Shown one piece after another: positions 1 through 13,419 of a stretch of 64,000 nt of DNA; the stretch's first letter is position 1; every line of letters begins with the position of its first letter. The DNA comes from Leucoraja ocellata (taxonomy: Eukaryota), in the NCBI GenBank assembly GCA_036785375.1, contig JAWMAR010000400.1, positions 372,001-436,000 on the forward strand. The letters run 5' to 3'. Both the position numbers and the translations under genes were made by a program. Under the pieces are notes generated by a model, which was not told the DNA's origin, ran no database searches, and was given only the letters and a program-made list of their open reading frames with translations.

Positions 1-1842
1 GGACCGTAAGAAATCCACGCGGTCACAGGGAGACATGCAAACGCCACACAGCCAGCTCCCGAGGTCAGTAGCGAGACAGCAGCACCGCCAGCTGCGCTAC
101 TGTGCCAGCTTAAATAAGATGGTGGCTGATCCTTAATGTCATATTTCCGTACTTTCTCCATGCCCATTAATGTCCTCTGTGCCCAGAAATGTGTGTTGAA
201 TCTATTCTGCTAGAGTCTGACTATTTTACCACGTGTATAAAGACACGCTAGTCCAGGAAAACATTCTTCCCAAATGGAGTCTGCCTGGCCTCATTACATT
301 TATGTAAGGTCCAATGAGGTCTCATACTTCTATATTCTACTGAATATAATTCTAGTCGACCAAGTTTCCCTTATAATCCCCCGCTCGCTTTCTCATGTAT
401 CCTTCCGGCGAACCTTGGTGCAGGTCCCTCTATGAGAAGTGTGTCCTTTATTAGGCGAGGAGAGCAAAACAAATACCACACAGTCCTCCAGGTCAACTTC
501 CTAATGCCCTCCATAATCCTTCTTCAACATATCATTTGACGTCTGACTGAATTCTGCAACCGCATGCTGGCTTTCCTTGACTGGTGAACAAGAAGATCCC
601 GCTCCTTCCACTTCAACATTTTCCAGTCTTAGGCCGTTTAAGTAATGCGCAATGTTTTGGTTCGCTGCCGAAATGGAAGCCGCACATATTATTCACATAA
701 CGCCCCATCCGTCAATTTTACCCACTCGTTCAACATCAAATCCACTTTGAAACCTCTTGCATCCGACAATATCATCGGCAAACTTTGAAATACTACATTT
801 GGCCTCTCACCTAAATCATTAATATGCGAATGAAGGCTGAGTGACAAGCACAGGCCCCTACAGCGCCTCACTATCCACCCGACGACCACGTTATTTTAAT
901 GGAGACACAAGAGGCTGCAGATGCTGGAATCCGGAGCAACAAGCAGGAGAATAGGTAGAAAAAGCTGGAGTAAATCAGCGGTTCAGGCAGCATCTCTGGG
1001 GAAAAGGGATAGGTGATGTTTCGGGTCAAAACGTTTCTTCAGACTATCCACAAACAAAACTGCCCTGGAAACCCAGCCCCTTCTCCAAAAATCCATAACT
1101 GCCCTGTAAATGCTCCCCCTCTGTGAGTCAATGGAAATCCGATCTATATCTCGATGATTAGATCTATACTGCTGTCAGTTCATTGTTGTTCATAGAATTC
1201 TCCTATGAGCAAATTGTCGAGGTGAAGTGACTTCACTTCAATGGCTATGAAGTTCTTGCAATGGTTTGAGATCAAGACGGGTGCCATCAGTCTAAAGGAA
1301 AATTGATACAAAATGCTGGAGTTAATCAACGGGTCAGGTAGCATCTGTGGAGAGAAAAGGACAGTTGGGACCATTAAAAAAATCTATATATTATTCCCAA
1401 TGCCATGTATTTTTATTCCATCACTCTCTGGGTGACGTAATTCAACTACGGAATCACGAAGTACTGGCATGTCTTCTAGATATTCTTGTTATAAAACACT
1501 TCTTGTTCTTGGATCTGAAGTTCCTCAGCACGAGACTGTTCACGACGTGTCCCAACTCCCTCTCGCGTACTTGTTGCAATACCAATTACACAGTGTCAAC
1601 ATTTCTGATGTTGAACTGAGAGTCACACAGCACAGAATCAGGAACTTGGAACCACTGAGACCACGCAGACCATCAACCACCCATCTACACTAATCCTACA
1701 ATTTATTCTCCCCACATTCACATCAATTCCCCTCAGATTGTAGCCCTCATCCACACACTGGAACAATTTCACAGAGGACGGACACACACATACATAAATC
1801 AACCAACCCACCCGCACATCTTTGGGATGTGGGATTTGGGTT

Positions 1843-2153
1843 GTCAGGGTGGCGCAGCGGTAGAGTTGCTGCCTTACAGCGAATGCAGCGCCAGAGACCC
1901 GGGTTCGATCCCGACTACGGCTGTCTGACAGAGCTGCTGTCTGTACAGAGTTTGTACGTTTTTCCCGTGACCTGCGTGGGTTTTCTCCGAGATCTTCGGT
2001 TTCCTCCCACACTCCAAAGACGTACAGGTTTGTAGGCTAAATGGCTCGGTAAATGAAAAACATACTAGAGGGTGAAGGATAGTGTTAATATGCGGGGGAT
2101 CTGCGCGGGCCCGGTGGGCTAAAGGGCGGTATCTCTAAACTAAACGAAACTAA
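1843..2153 (+). mobile_element. tRNA-derived SINE (V-SINE-like), nested in an older opposite-strand SINE
   Basis: A box TGGCGCAGCGG, B box GGTTCGATCC, core GGTTTCCTCCCACACTCCAAAGAC, (CTAAA)n tail. Confidence 0.85.
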
Positions 2154-5100
2154 ATCGGAACACCCGGAGGAAACCCATCCAAACTCCACACAGTCAGCGA
2201 CTGAGGACAGGACCGAACACTGTTGAGACAGCAGCTCTGCTCGCTACGCGACCGTGACACCCTAGTTTTACCCCCATGTGATCATTTATCAGATGTAACA
2301 TTGTCAGCATTAAGCTGCATGTTTTTAATCCAAGATGTGGGCTCACATTCGGGCTGTGTGACTATCGGGACCAACAGAGGCAATTCAACCCCGTGACATT
2401 CAGCTATTTTACGATGCGGGGTTAAACATGGGCGTGAGCGAATCCGAAAAGTGGGGAAAAGGAGGTGGGAACTGTGTCTGGAACCTTGACTAGTCCACTC
2501 ATCTGGGTCCATCGGTCTGTCGGATACAATTTACCGGACTACTGGATGTTATTAATAGCCAATTCCGTTGACATCAGTCTTTAATTTAAATATTACCATC
2601 AATTTTGCAGTGCAAAATGTTTGTGTCAAGTCCTAGTACGTTTCAACAATAACCGGGAGTTGTCAGGGAACGCAGGAACCGGGGCCCTGATGAGTTTCAG
2701 GTCGTGCTGGAAACCTCACCCGAAGAACCGGATGTCGAACCATTAGGATTTCCTCGTAGTTTTCTTTGAAATTGACAAGGTTCTTTAAATGACTGACACA
2801 GACAGAAGGAAAAAAAACACGACGTTTGCAATTCATGAAGGCGGTCGAGGGGAGGAGGTTCAATTGAGACGCATGATACATTATGAGACCTCGGGTACAT
2901 TTCAGATGTTGAAGGTATTTCCCCAAAACAGTGGGCCAAAAACAGGCGGATTAGATTTAAAGTTATTGGTGAAGAATTAAAGGCGTGATGAGGAAAACAT
3001 GTTTTCACCGTGAGGGTCGCGGGGTCTGGAACTCACTGTCTGAAAGGTTGGTGGAGGCAGCGACTCCCGCCTCATTAATACAGAAGTTGGATGTGAGTTA
3101 GCATGGAGACCACTGGGTGTGTAGATCAAGAGCAGCAAGGGGAGGTCTTGATCGGACTTGGACACGATATGCCTAATGTCCACCTTCCGTGTAGCTATTT
3201 GTCACATAGTCATAGAGTGACCATGGGAACTGGTACTTCGGCCCAACTTGCCCACACCGACCAGCATATCGCATTTACACGAGTACCACCTGCCTGCCTT
3301 TGGCCCATATCCCTCTAAATCTGTCCTATCTGTGTACCTATCCAAATGCCTCTTAAATGTTGCGATAGTACCTGCACCAACTCATACCTCACGCGGTAGC
3401 ACACCACCACCACCATTTGTGTGAAAAACGTAGCCTCAAGTTCCTATGTAAATGGATAGGACAGGTTTAGATGGTTATGGGCCAAACACAGGCAGGTCGG
3501 ATTAATGTGGATGGGGCATGTAGGTTGGTGTAGGTAAGTTGGGCCGAAGGTTCTGTTTCCACGCTGTATGACTATGACTAACTGTTTCCTGGGAAGGGCT
3601 GTCTTTGTGAAAGGGTTGGGCAGACATTTGGAAAAGTGAGAGGGGACGAGACACCTGCCAGGTCTGAATAGGCGGGATGGCGAGAAGATGTTCCCTCATG
3701 TGAGAGAATCCTGAATTATGGGTCACCATTTAAAAATAAAGAGTCATCAATTTAGGAAAGAATCCAGACATCTTTTTCTCTCTCAATGCGTCGCAAGTGC
3801 CTGGAACTCTTCCTCATAGGATAGTTGAAGATAAGTCTTTCAATATTTTTGCAGCAGAGTTTCTTGTTAAGCAAAGTAACAAGAGTTCACTGTGGTTTGA
3901 CTGGAATGTGGAGTTGCAAGAATCAGATCAGACTTTACCTGGTGCCTGAGAGGCCAAGGGATCCGTTTCTCATAGAAGTATACAGTGTGGAAACAGGCCC
4001 TTCGGCCACAACGGCCAACATGTCCCAGCTACACTAGTCCCACCTTCCCGCGTGTGGTCCATATCCCACCAAACATGTCCTATCCAAGCTTCTGTTCACA
4101 GTTAATATATTGATATCAAATCATTGATGTATTATTGTCAAATATCCATCATGCATACCTTGATACCACTGGAGTAAAGGATTTGAAAGATTCTCATCGA
4201 CAAGAAATCCCTCCTAGTCTGCTCTGAAACTATTTACTGACAGACTGCCGAGAACAAAGAGGCACATGGCAGGGTCCACCGAGAGCATCCGAATACCACC
4301 AAATGTAAATTAAGGAAAGTCAACATGACTATTCAGGACTAAGAGGAGACCAAGCATTGCACTTGTGCTTGAAATTTCAACTCACACAACTATATTTAAA
4401 TTGCCTCAGCCACACTCTCTTTAAGGAGCTGCAGGGACAGGAGCTTTGCAAGTTTTATTATGTTTGCTCTAAGTATGATCTCAAAGAAACATAAAATCCA
4501 GAGGTGCCTCAGGAAAAATAAACTTGAAATAGTTTGTTTACTTAAAGCTTAGCTGCTTTAAGTAGCTAACGTGCCTTTTGCATTAGAAAACCTGGCCACG
4601 ATGTTGAGACCCAATGAGTGGAAATTGAAGGGTGTACAGACTCATTGATTGGGGTGTGGTCAGGTGTCATAGAGTCATGTAGTGTGGAAACAGGCCCTTC
4701 GGCCCAACTTGTCCGCATCGACCAATATGTCCCATCTACAGGAGCCTCACCTGCCTGCGTATGGCCCATATTCCTATAAACCAGTCCTATACATGTATGG
4801 ACAGTGCCATAGACAGACAGATGGAGAATAGAACAAAAGTTGAACCACTAAGGAGGGTGTGAATGTGAGGCGACATGCTGACTAGAAATTCTAGTGTGCA
4901 ACGAATCTGGGCATAAAACTGCAATCTGTCGAATCGTGAAACTGCTTTGCAGTCAAATTACAGTGGATGCGATGAAAAACAAAGGGAATTTGGGGCAACT
5001 TCTACAAGTGGGTGAGGTTGGGTGAAAGAAACCCAGTTAAATGCAGAATGATGAACAATGTGCAAAGTAGAACAAGAGAATAATCTGTGGTTGCCAAAGC

Positions 5101-6231
5101 AAGTGATTATTGATAAGCAAGTGAGTTACTACTGACGTTAGATGGGAATGTGGTTACAATATCTCAACCATTAACTTATTAATAGGTGGAGCAGGGCATT
5201 AACCAAGTGTCCTTCTCCTGTTCCCAATCCATATGTTTGTGTAGGTTTATTGTAATCACACTTCACTATGTAAATTGCCGTAGTGAATAAATCTACACTA
5301 AGCTTAACCCTTTCTGTTGATTTTTATTCAAGTTGCTTAATTTTAAATGAAAATTCCCCCAGAAGTAATAGCCTTTGGGTTTCCAAGCGAAGCCACAATG
5401 GACTCCATTCTTTCTATTCCAAATGGACGATGACAGGTTTGAGGGCACAAGATGAAGCAACAGCTTTCAGCTATTTCTAATCTACAAAAGCAGCATAGGA
5501 CTTAGTCGGTCAGCCACACAAATTTAATACATTGGGACATTGACTATTTTATGGATCTGGGAAAGAGAAATTTACTTGAAGTCTCTAGGGGTAACGTTTT
5601 AATTGGAGAAACAACATTGCACTTTGACAAATGCTAGAGTTTAGGAATGGGAAAAATAATGAAGGCATGGTATATCTCGATATTTTTAGACATTTCTGAG
5701 ATTCAATTAACTAGAGTATGCTGGCCTTCATGTTTAAACAACTTTATGAAAATTACAGATAGCACGGTAAATATTTTCCCAGGCTCCTGAATATGAAATG
5801 GTCATGTCCATTGTTTATTCTAGACCCTAGAGCGATATTCATTCTACCAAATTGTAAAGTGTTTTTGAATGGAATTAAATTACCTGAATGCCCAGGTGTA
5901 ACTTACTAATGGATATTAGTTTGACTCCGAGTTAAAAATCATGGTATAATTAATTGTTCTCTCTCATTGAAGCTTGTTTTCATTTCAATGAATATTTTCA
6001 AAGAACTGCTTCTGAACTTCTAACCGTGCCAGTGAAACTTGCCATATCCCTCCAAAACATTCCTATCCATGTACCGTCTCACTGCCGATGACATGGAGAT
6101 TCAAGATGTATCTCCAGACTCTCCGTTCTTTGGAACAACATCAGCAAGCTAAAGAAACTGTCATAGTAGATGGAATGTGTGACCTGATATTGGGATCCCA
6201 AATGAGGGTGCGAATGTGAGGCGACATACTG

Positions 6232-7085
6232 TAGGTATGTTACAAAACCTACCTGAATCGTGGCTGAGCATCTGCCCTACCCCGTGTGCGCGATTTTGGC
6301 GCTGTTTAGAGGGGGCGGGTTTAAAACGCGATTTTTACTAGGCTGTGGCAATCGAAAATGTTAAGCCTAGTAAATCATTAACGGAAAATCGCTGAAAGAC
6401 CGCGTCGCAAAAGGTATTATTAGTTTTTTTGGCCTTGTATAATAGTTATAGTAGTTTAAAAATCACTCTCTCAACCCGCAACCTCTCGCAGCCCCAGGGT
6501 TATATAAAGCAAACAATTAAAGGTATGTACCTTATTTTTACATTAAATGGGGCTTGTATATAACCCTGTATATAAAGTTTTCTATAGCGAGTAGTTCATT
6601 TTGGGCTCTTTATATCCCGCAGTATTTTTCTGGGCACTTGAGGGCACAAATCCAGCGCAATGTGAACGTTCTAAACCAGCGCGTTCACAGGAACCCACTA
6701 GAAAGCTGATTTAAATTGACTTTAAAGCTACAATTGGGTAACTAACTAATTATATGCTTTAATTTCAGGTCATCCAAGTAAGATTATTTTATATTTGTTT
6801 CAGAATGCTTCAATCTATGATAACTGAAAATTTCATTCAGTTCTCTTAATTTTTAAGAAGGTTATGGGCTTTTGACTGTCCACGATCACAGCTTTTTTGT
6901 TATGTCCATAGAAAATCAATAGGGAACAAGGTGCTAATTTCCGAGTATGAAAATGGCCATAACTTTTTTATTACTTGAGATATGAAAGTGAATTAGGTGT
7001 CAAATTAAACTTCTTGTTATGCTTTATCTGATGGGATAAATTGCAGACTTGATTTTTTAAATCTCAAAATTTTGTAACATTGCTA
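6232..7085. mobile_element. Non-autonomous DNA transposon with short TIRs, superfamily unclear
   Basis: TIRs TAGGTATGTTACAAAA and TTTTGTAACATTGCTA; flanks CATACTG and CACACTG; no ORF. Confidence 0.8.
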
Positions 7086-8823
7086 CACACTGACTAGAAA
7101 TTCCTGATTAAGAATGGACCCAAGACATGCACAGATACTCGATAAAATATCATGAGAATATCATTGTATCATTGTCACTTATGGATGAACACGTTTGAAA
7201 AGGAGCACCAAAATAATCTTTCTTATTTATTTTTCCAATGATACATGTTGCCTTAAAATATAACATCAAATTTATAGCATGTATTTGAAAAAGACAAGGA
7301 ACTAATCACATGACCTAACCAGGACACCTACTGGACAACTATGATGCATCTGCAATAGACACAAAATGTTGGAGTAACTCAGCAGGCCTAATTATTTTGA
7401 CAATATGGATGTTTTACCTATGTAAAAAATTATGAATTTGATTGAGGTCTGTTAAGTTGAGCACAAATGCCTCCAGGTAAAGACCCTGATGCTAGTTCCA
7501 AATGGCTCTGGTACCAGAAATTTGTAATCCACTTGTGGAAGAGCTGGGAAAATGGTAAATTATGGATATTAAAAACAGGGTCTGAATAAGTTTCACAAGC
7601 TTTGATTGTAACCTGGATCATTGAAGCACATGATATGCTGAACACGATCATAATTAAATATGATAATACAAAATATCTAGAAAGGATAAGCACGGGAATT
7701 GAGGGTATATAGGAATATAGCATGTGAGGTTCACATGGAAACAGGACACGGATTTGTAAGAGAGAGCTTAAACAAACAATATCATATTTTAAATGCATAT
7801 CTATTTTTAAGTGTTTTCAAAGCATCTTAGTGTTCAATATTGTTATTACCTTCAAACTGTGTTGACTCTGTTAAAACAGTGTAACGCCATGTAGCAAAGC
7901 ATAATGGCCAGTTAAGTCAAAAATAGTAACCACTAAATGATGAGTTTATATTTAAAAATTGAAAGATTTTCAAGCCAAGGCACTACTTTAAAGTGGAAGG
8001 CCATGGTGTACCAGGAGCGGATAGACACTGACAACATATGGGACTTGCAGGAATGTGGCAACTATCCCAGGCTGGTCAACTAAATGTCTGTACATTCATC
8101 AAGAGAATGGCGATCTATAATGTTCAGGATAATCACAAAATGATTTATGATTTTTAAATCATCACAGAGCTTTATATCTGGGGATCTTCCTTGCATATAT
8201 TCAAAGTGTTGAACAAGTACACTTGGGTAGGAATTGATGACTGCAGGTGCAGAGGGTGACTGAACTCTCACAACATTTTCCTCATCGTGCAAACAGCCCA
8301 TTCCAGTTAAACTGCTTCGTTAAACTGCTTTCAATGCAATCAAATCCTTCCTTAAATAAGGTATATAATATTGTGCATATGGTGCACAATATTTCAGCAG
8401 ATATACCTCAGCAGTGCTCTATATAACTAATAGAGTTAACCTCACTGTTTTTGTATTTAATTCTCCTCATGTTGATCTATAACATTCTTTTGTGAGGATC
8501 CTTTGATCTGAAATGTTGACTCTTTATCTTCCACAGTGCCCATGACCCAGTGAATGCTCCAAGCATTCCCCATTGTTATAACATTCTGTTAGGATTCTGA
8601 ACTATTTGATTCACCTGTGCAGTAGCCCTTTGCGAATCTTGCACCAGAGAGGAGTTAGCATCCCACCATAAGCTTGAGAACAGTCCAACTCACCTCGACA
8701 GCATTGCAGACATTGGACTTTTTTTATGGAACGAATGCCTTACAATGATATTCTGTGCTTTGTACCTTCCCCCTTGGTCTACCTATTGTACTTGAGTTTG
8801 ACATGATTGTATTTATGTATAGT

Positions 8824-9313
8824 AGCTGCGGAGCTGCGGGACTGTGGAGCGATCAGCTGCGGGCGGCGGTGCTAACTTTACACCAGGAGCATGGGATCTC
8901 TGGATGAGATCGCCAGTTGTGGAGCTCCAACCGGCGCGGCCTTGTTGGCTTCGGAAGCCGCGGCCTCCAGTGCGGAAGCGGCCATTCCAGGGTTCCCAGG
9001 CTGCTGAGAGGACTCTCCCGACGCCGGAGCAACATCACCCGGCGAGAACAGCCTGGAACATTGGGCCTCCATAGAGGCAACTGTGGAGTCCTCAATGGGC
9101 CCGACTATGGGTGAACTGAGGTTGGGGACTGGACTTTGTGCCTTCCCTCATAATGGGAAGCATTGTGGGGGGATGTTCTTTATGTTTAAAACTCTTATTA
9201 ATGTTATGTCTGTATTCCTTCTTTATGTGCTGCAAAATGGCAAGAAGCATTTCACTTCACTACACCTAGGTGTATGTGAATGTGACCAATAAAATACCTT
9301 TGATACCTTTGAT
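8824..9313 (+). mobile_element. GC-rich 5'-truncated retroposon inserted in an older repeat
   Basis: AATAAA plus (CCTTTGATA)n tail; the host repeat rejoins across it (compare 20170-20280). Confidence 0.65.
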
Positions 9314-10179
9314 AGTGTTATGTGATCTGATTGGCTACCATGCAAAACAAATCTTTTCACTGGACCTCTGTATACATGACAATAATAAACCGAAACCATC
9401 TGATCCATGGAATCTCAGTTTGACAAAGTCTTGCCATTTAAACAAAATTTCACAATTTCTGGCATTATATCTACTTGCCAGCTGGTCTGCAACTTCCCAT
9501 TATTATCTTTTCGAGAATCTCAGTCATCCTCAACCAAGCATGATTCAATATTATTTAATGTAATCTATAATTGCCAAAAGATTAATATTTTGGCCACTCA
9601 GAAAACAGTCCTTTTTAATTGCTCATAAAAGTATTTCTAAATTTTGCAGAAGTTAATTTTAATTATAATTTATCTTTAGCACAACATAAATATTTGCGGG
9701 ATTGGTTTTCCATACGTAACAGGTGAAGATGTTTTTCAGATGTTAGAGTTCGTAACGTTCACAGCTCAGAGGACACTTCCCCACACATCAGAACATCAAC
9801 CTTGCATCTTCCACCCACACTGGAGATTCCTTTTGCCCACTTGCAGAGATACAAATTGTTCATTCCCTACCCATCCCTTCCACCTATATCCCCATTCAAG
9901 AACACCTGCCTGTGCGGAGATAAAAAAATTATACTTAGTTACCGGATAAAACATAGTCCACAGACCAGGGTAGATTTATGGAAAAAAATATTTATTTTTC
10001 AAGTTCAAAAGATGACAATGCACTTCAGTCCAGATCAACCTGATGATTTCACACTTGTATCTCCTCCTGAGTAAACCTTGAGCTATCTCCTACCATATTC
10101 TCTTCAGTTAAATTACTTTTAAATCAAAGTGGTTTAGTCTCTGCTATGTATTAAGTCATCCTCACGAGGGTCTGCCAGA

Positions 10180-10515
10180 ATCATACAGCTAGGAAACAGA
10201 CCTTTTAGCTCAGCAAATCCACATCAACCACCGAGCACCTACTTACACTAATTCTGCCCTAATCCCATTCTATTCTCTCACATTACCATCAACACCCACC
10301 AGATGCTATCATTCACGAACATATGAGAAGTATTTTACGCTGCCAGTTATCTTATCAACTTGCATGTGTTTGGGATGCAGGAGAAAACCAGAGCACTTGA
10401 GGGAAATCCACCTGCCCACAAGGAGAATGTGTAAACTCCACACACACACAGCACCCGAGGTCAGGATTTAACTCAGGTCCCTGGAGCTGTGAGGCAGCGA
10501 CTCTACCAGCTGCCT
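10180..10515 (-). mobile_element. Old tRNA-derived SINE (related copies at about 1-110, 16040-16200, 56520-57020)
   Basis: GGAAACCCAC..GTCACAGGGAGAA..TGCAAACTCCACACAG-like V-SINE core. Confidence 0.7.
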
Positions 10516-11179
10516 CAATAAAGCAGTTGCTGCAGTAAAGGGATGGGTTAAGTCATCTGATCAGAATGGGGCCATAGTTTCTAGAGGGCCAACTTTTGTT
10601 ATCCATCCCTAACACCTCTTGAACTGTGGTTTGCTGAGGATTTTGTCAGAGGGAGGAATATTGGGGGGAAGTGGATGGGGAGAATGGGAAAGGAAATATG
10701 TGATTGGATTAGGGAGGGGGGGAGATGAGCAATGGGGGAGGGGAAAGGTACTCTCTGATGGGGCAGAGAGAATGCAAGGAGAGGAATGCATGCAAGTGAG
10801 GGGGGGGGGGGGGGGGAGGCAGGGAGATGAGAAGGGAGGGGGGGGGGGTGTAGCTATCCCATTGACACCACCAATGTCATGCAAGACAGTGCCTGGCCAT
10901 CAAGTTATTTATCACGAAGCCTAACAGCAACATGGGAAATGAGGGCTGATACCAATGTTTGCCTTAAGTAGTTTTCAGTCCACCAGCTGCCCTAATAGGC
11001 TAGTTAGTAAACGTCCCACAGGGTCTAGAAAGTAGGGGGTGGCACAACACTTCTGCACAGAGAGAGTTGGAAAGTGGTTGAGCTTGCATCCGGGATTAGC
11101 AAATGAGAGAGAAACTATGAGTAACCAGCTTCTGGCATTGACATAACGCATTCATTAAAAATGAAGGGAAGGAAAGAAA

Positions 11180-12990
11180 GTAATGTGTAAGAAAGAGCTG
11201 CAGATGCTGGCAAAATCGAAGGTAGACACAAAATGCTGGAGTAACTCAGCGGATCAGGCAGCATCTCTGGAGGGAAGTTAATGGGCGACATTTTGTGTCA
11301 AGACCCTTCTTCAGACTGAGGTCAGGGACAAAGATAGAATGTAGGCAGTGACAGGAAGGCTAGTGGGAGAACTGGGAAGGGGAAGGGGATGAAGAGAGAA
11401 AGCAAGGGCTATCTGAAGTTAGACAAGTCAATGTTCATACCGCTGGGGTGTAAACTACCCAAGCGAAATATGAAGATAGACAAAAATGCTGGAGAAACTC
11501 AGCATGTGAGGCAGCATCCATGGAGCGAAGGGAAAGGTGACATAGAAACATATAAATTAGGTGCAGGAGTAGGCCATTCGGCCCTTCGAGCCTGCACCGC
11601 CATTCAATATGATCATGGCTGATCATCCAACTCAGTATCCCGTACCTGCCTTCTCTCCATACCCTCTGATCCCCTTGGCCACAAGGGCCACATCTAACTC
11701 CCTCTTAAATATAGCCAATGAACTGGCGTCAACTACCCGCTGTGGCAGAGAGTTCCAGAGATTCACCACTCTCTGTGTGAAAAAAGTTCTCCTCATCTCG
11801 GTTTTAAAGGATTTCCCCCTTATCCTTAAGCTGTGACCCCTTGTCCTGGACTTCCCCAACATCGGGAACAATCTTCCTGCATCTAGCCTGTCCAACCCCT
11901 TAAGAATTTTGTAAGTTTCTATAAGATCCCCTCTCAATCTCCTAAATTCTAGAGAGTATAAACCGAGTCTATCCAGTCTTTCTTCATAAGACAGTCCTGA
12001 CATCCCATGAATCAGTCTGGTGAACCTTCTCTGCACTCCCTCTATGGCAATAATGTCCTTCCTCAGATTTGGAGACCAAAACTGCACGCAATACTCCAGG
12101 TGTGGTCTCACCAAGACCCTGTACAACTGCAGTAGAACCTCCCTGCTCCTATACTCAAATCCTCTTGCTATGAAAGCCAACATACCATTCGCTTTCTTTA
12201 CTGCCTGCTGCACCTGCATGCCTACCTTCAAAGACTGGTGTACCATGACACCCAGGTCTCGCTGCATCTTCCCCTTTCCCAATCGGCCACCATTTAGATA
12301 ATAGTCTACTTTCCCGTCCCAAGGTGATGTTTCGGGTCGAGACCCTTCTTCAAACTTCTCGACCGGAAACATCACCTATCCCTTCGCTCCATAGATGCTA
12401 CCTCACCCACTGAGTTTCTCCAGCATTTTTGTCTTCCTTCGATTTTTCCAGCATCTGCAGTTCTTTCTTAACCAAGCGAAATATGAGGTGCTCCACCAAT
12501 TTACGCTGGGCCTCATTCTGACAATGGAGGAGGCCCAGGACAAACAGGTCAGATTGGGAATGGGAGGGGGAGTTGAAGTGCTGAACCACCGGGAGATCAG
12601 GTAGGTTAAGACGGACTGAGCGGAGGTGTTCAGTGAAACGATCGTTGAGCCTGCGCTTGGTCTCGCCGATGTAGAGAAGTTGACACCTGGAACAACGGAT
12701 ACAGTGGATGAGGTTAGAGGAGGTGCAATTGAACCTCTGCATCACCTGGAAAGACTGTTCGGGTCCTTGAATGGAGTCAAGGGGGGGAGGTAAATGGACA
12801 GGTGTTGCATCTCCTGCGGTTGCAGGGGAAAGTACCTGGGGAGGGGGTGGTTTGGGTGGGAAGGGACGTGTTGACCAGGGAGTTTCGGAGAGTACAGTCT
12901 CTGCAGAAAGCAGAAAACGTTGGAGATGGGAAGATATGGCAAGTCGTGGGATCCTGTTGGAGGTGGCGAAAATGTTGGAGGATTATATGC
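11180..12990 (-). mobile_element. Penelope-like element 3' fragment (GIY-YIG endonuclease remnant) interrupted by nested insertions
   Basis: ORF 12398-12745: FNCTSSNLIHCIRCSRCQLLYIGETKRRLNDRFTEH; pLTR-like terminus at about 11180-11320; ends approximate. Confidence 0.85.
11541..12320 (-). mobile_element. CR1 LINE 3' fragment (young)
   Basis: RT C-terminus [15 protein letters not shown]...[14 protein letters not shown]; microsatellite-like tail; TSD AAGGTGA. Confidence 0.92.
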
Positions 12991-13408
12991 TGAAAGTAAT
13001 ACGTGTGAGCCGTTGTAATTCGTGGGAACCAAAACTAATACGTGTTAACCTGCTGTTAATTTATCAAAGCCAAAGAAACCCAGTTCTGCCATGAGCCTCC
13101 CCAGCAATGTAATTTACAATGTCAATTTCCACCACCGCATTTCCGACTGCATCAGAACTGCACAGATATTGGTTTACAGTCGGGACATGGTATTCATGCC
13201 CAGACACCATTTAAGTGGCCAACACAGCTCAGCTTTTCAGCCAATATGCTGTGAATTCTCACCTTGGCAGGCTGCAAATAGATTCTAGGATATATATATT
13301 TTAATCCTGACTGTTTTAGCAGTAGTTTATGTCAGTCTCGTCATCTGCAGTTTTGTCATTGCTGGAAACTAATTAGAGAACTCAGTCATTTTGACATATC
13401 TGACACAC

Positions 13409-13419
13409 TTTAATTTATT
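13409..13419 (-). terminator. Candidate CAPN3 polyadenylation signal (AATAAA overlapping ATTAAA)
   Basis: First minus-strand AATAAA I found after the stop codon, about 0.9 kb downstream; no transcript evidence. Confidence 0.35.

Noticed and set aside
1470-1616. Minus-strand frame with an in-frame TGA in a C-U-H-C context, suggesting selenocysteine
   Set aside because: No resemblance to a selenoprotein family and no SECIS recognised.
11632-12375. CR1 ORFs of 185-247 aa as host genes (also 17021, 32529, 34006)
   Set aside because: 5'-truncated LINE ends lacking the endonuclease and RT core; start codons come from flanking sequence.
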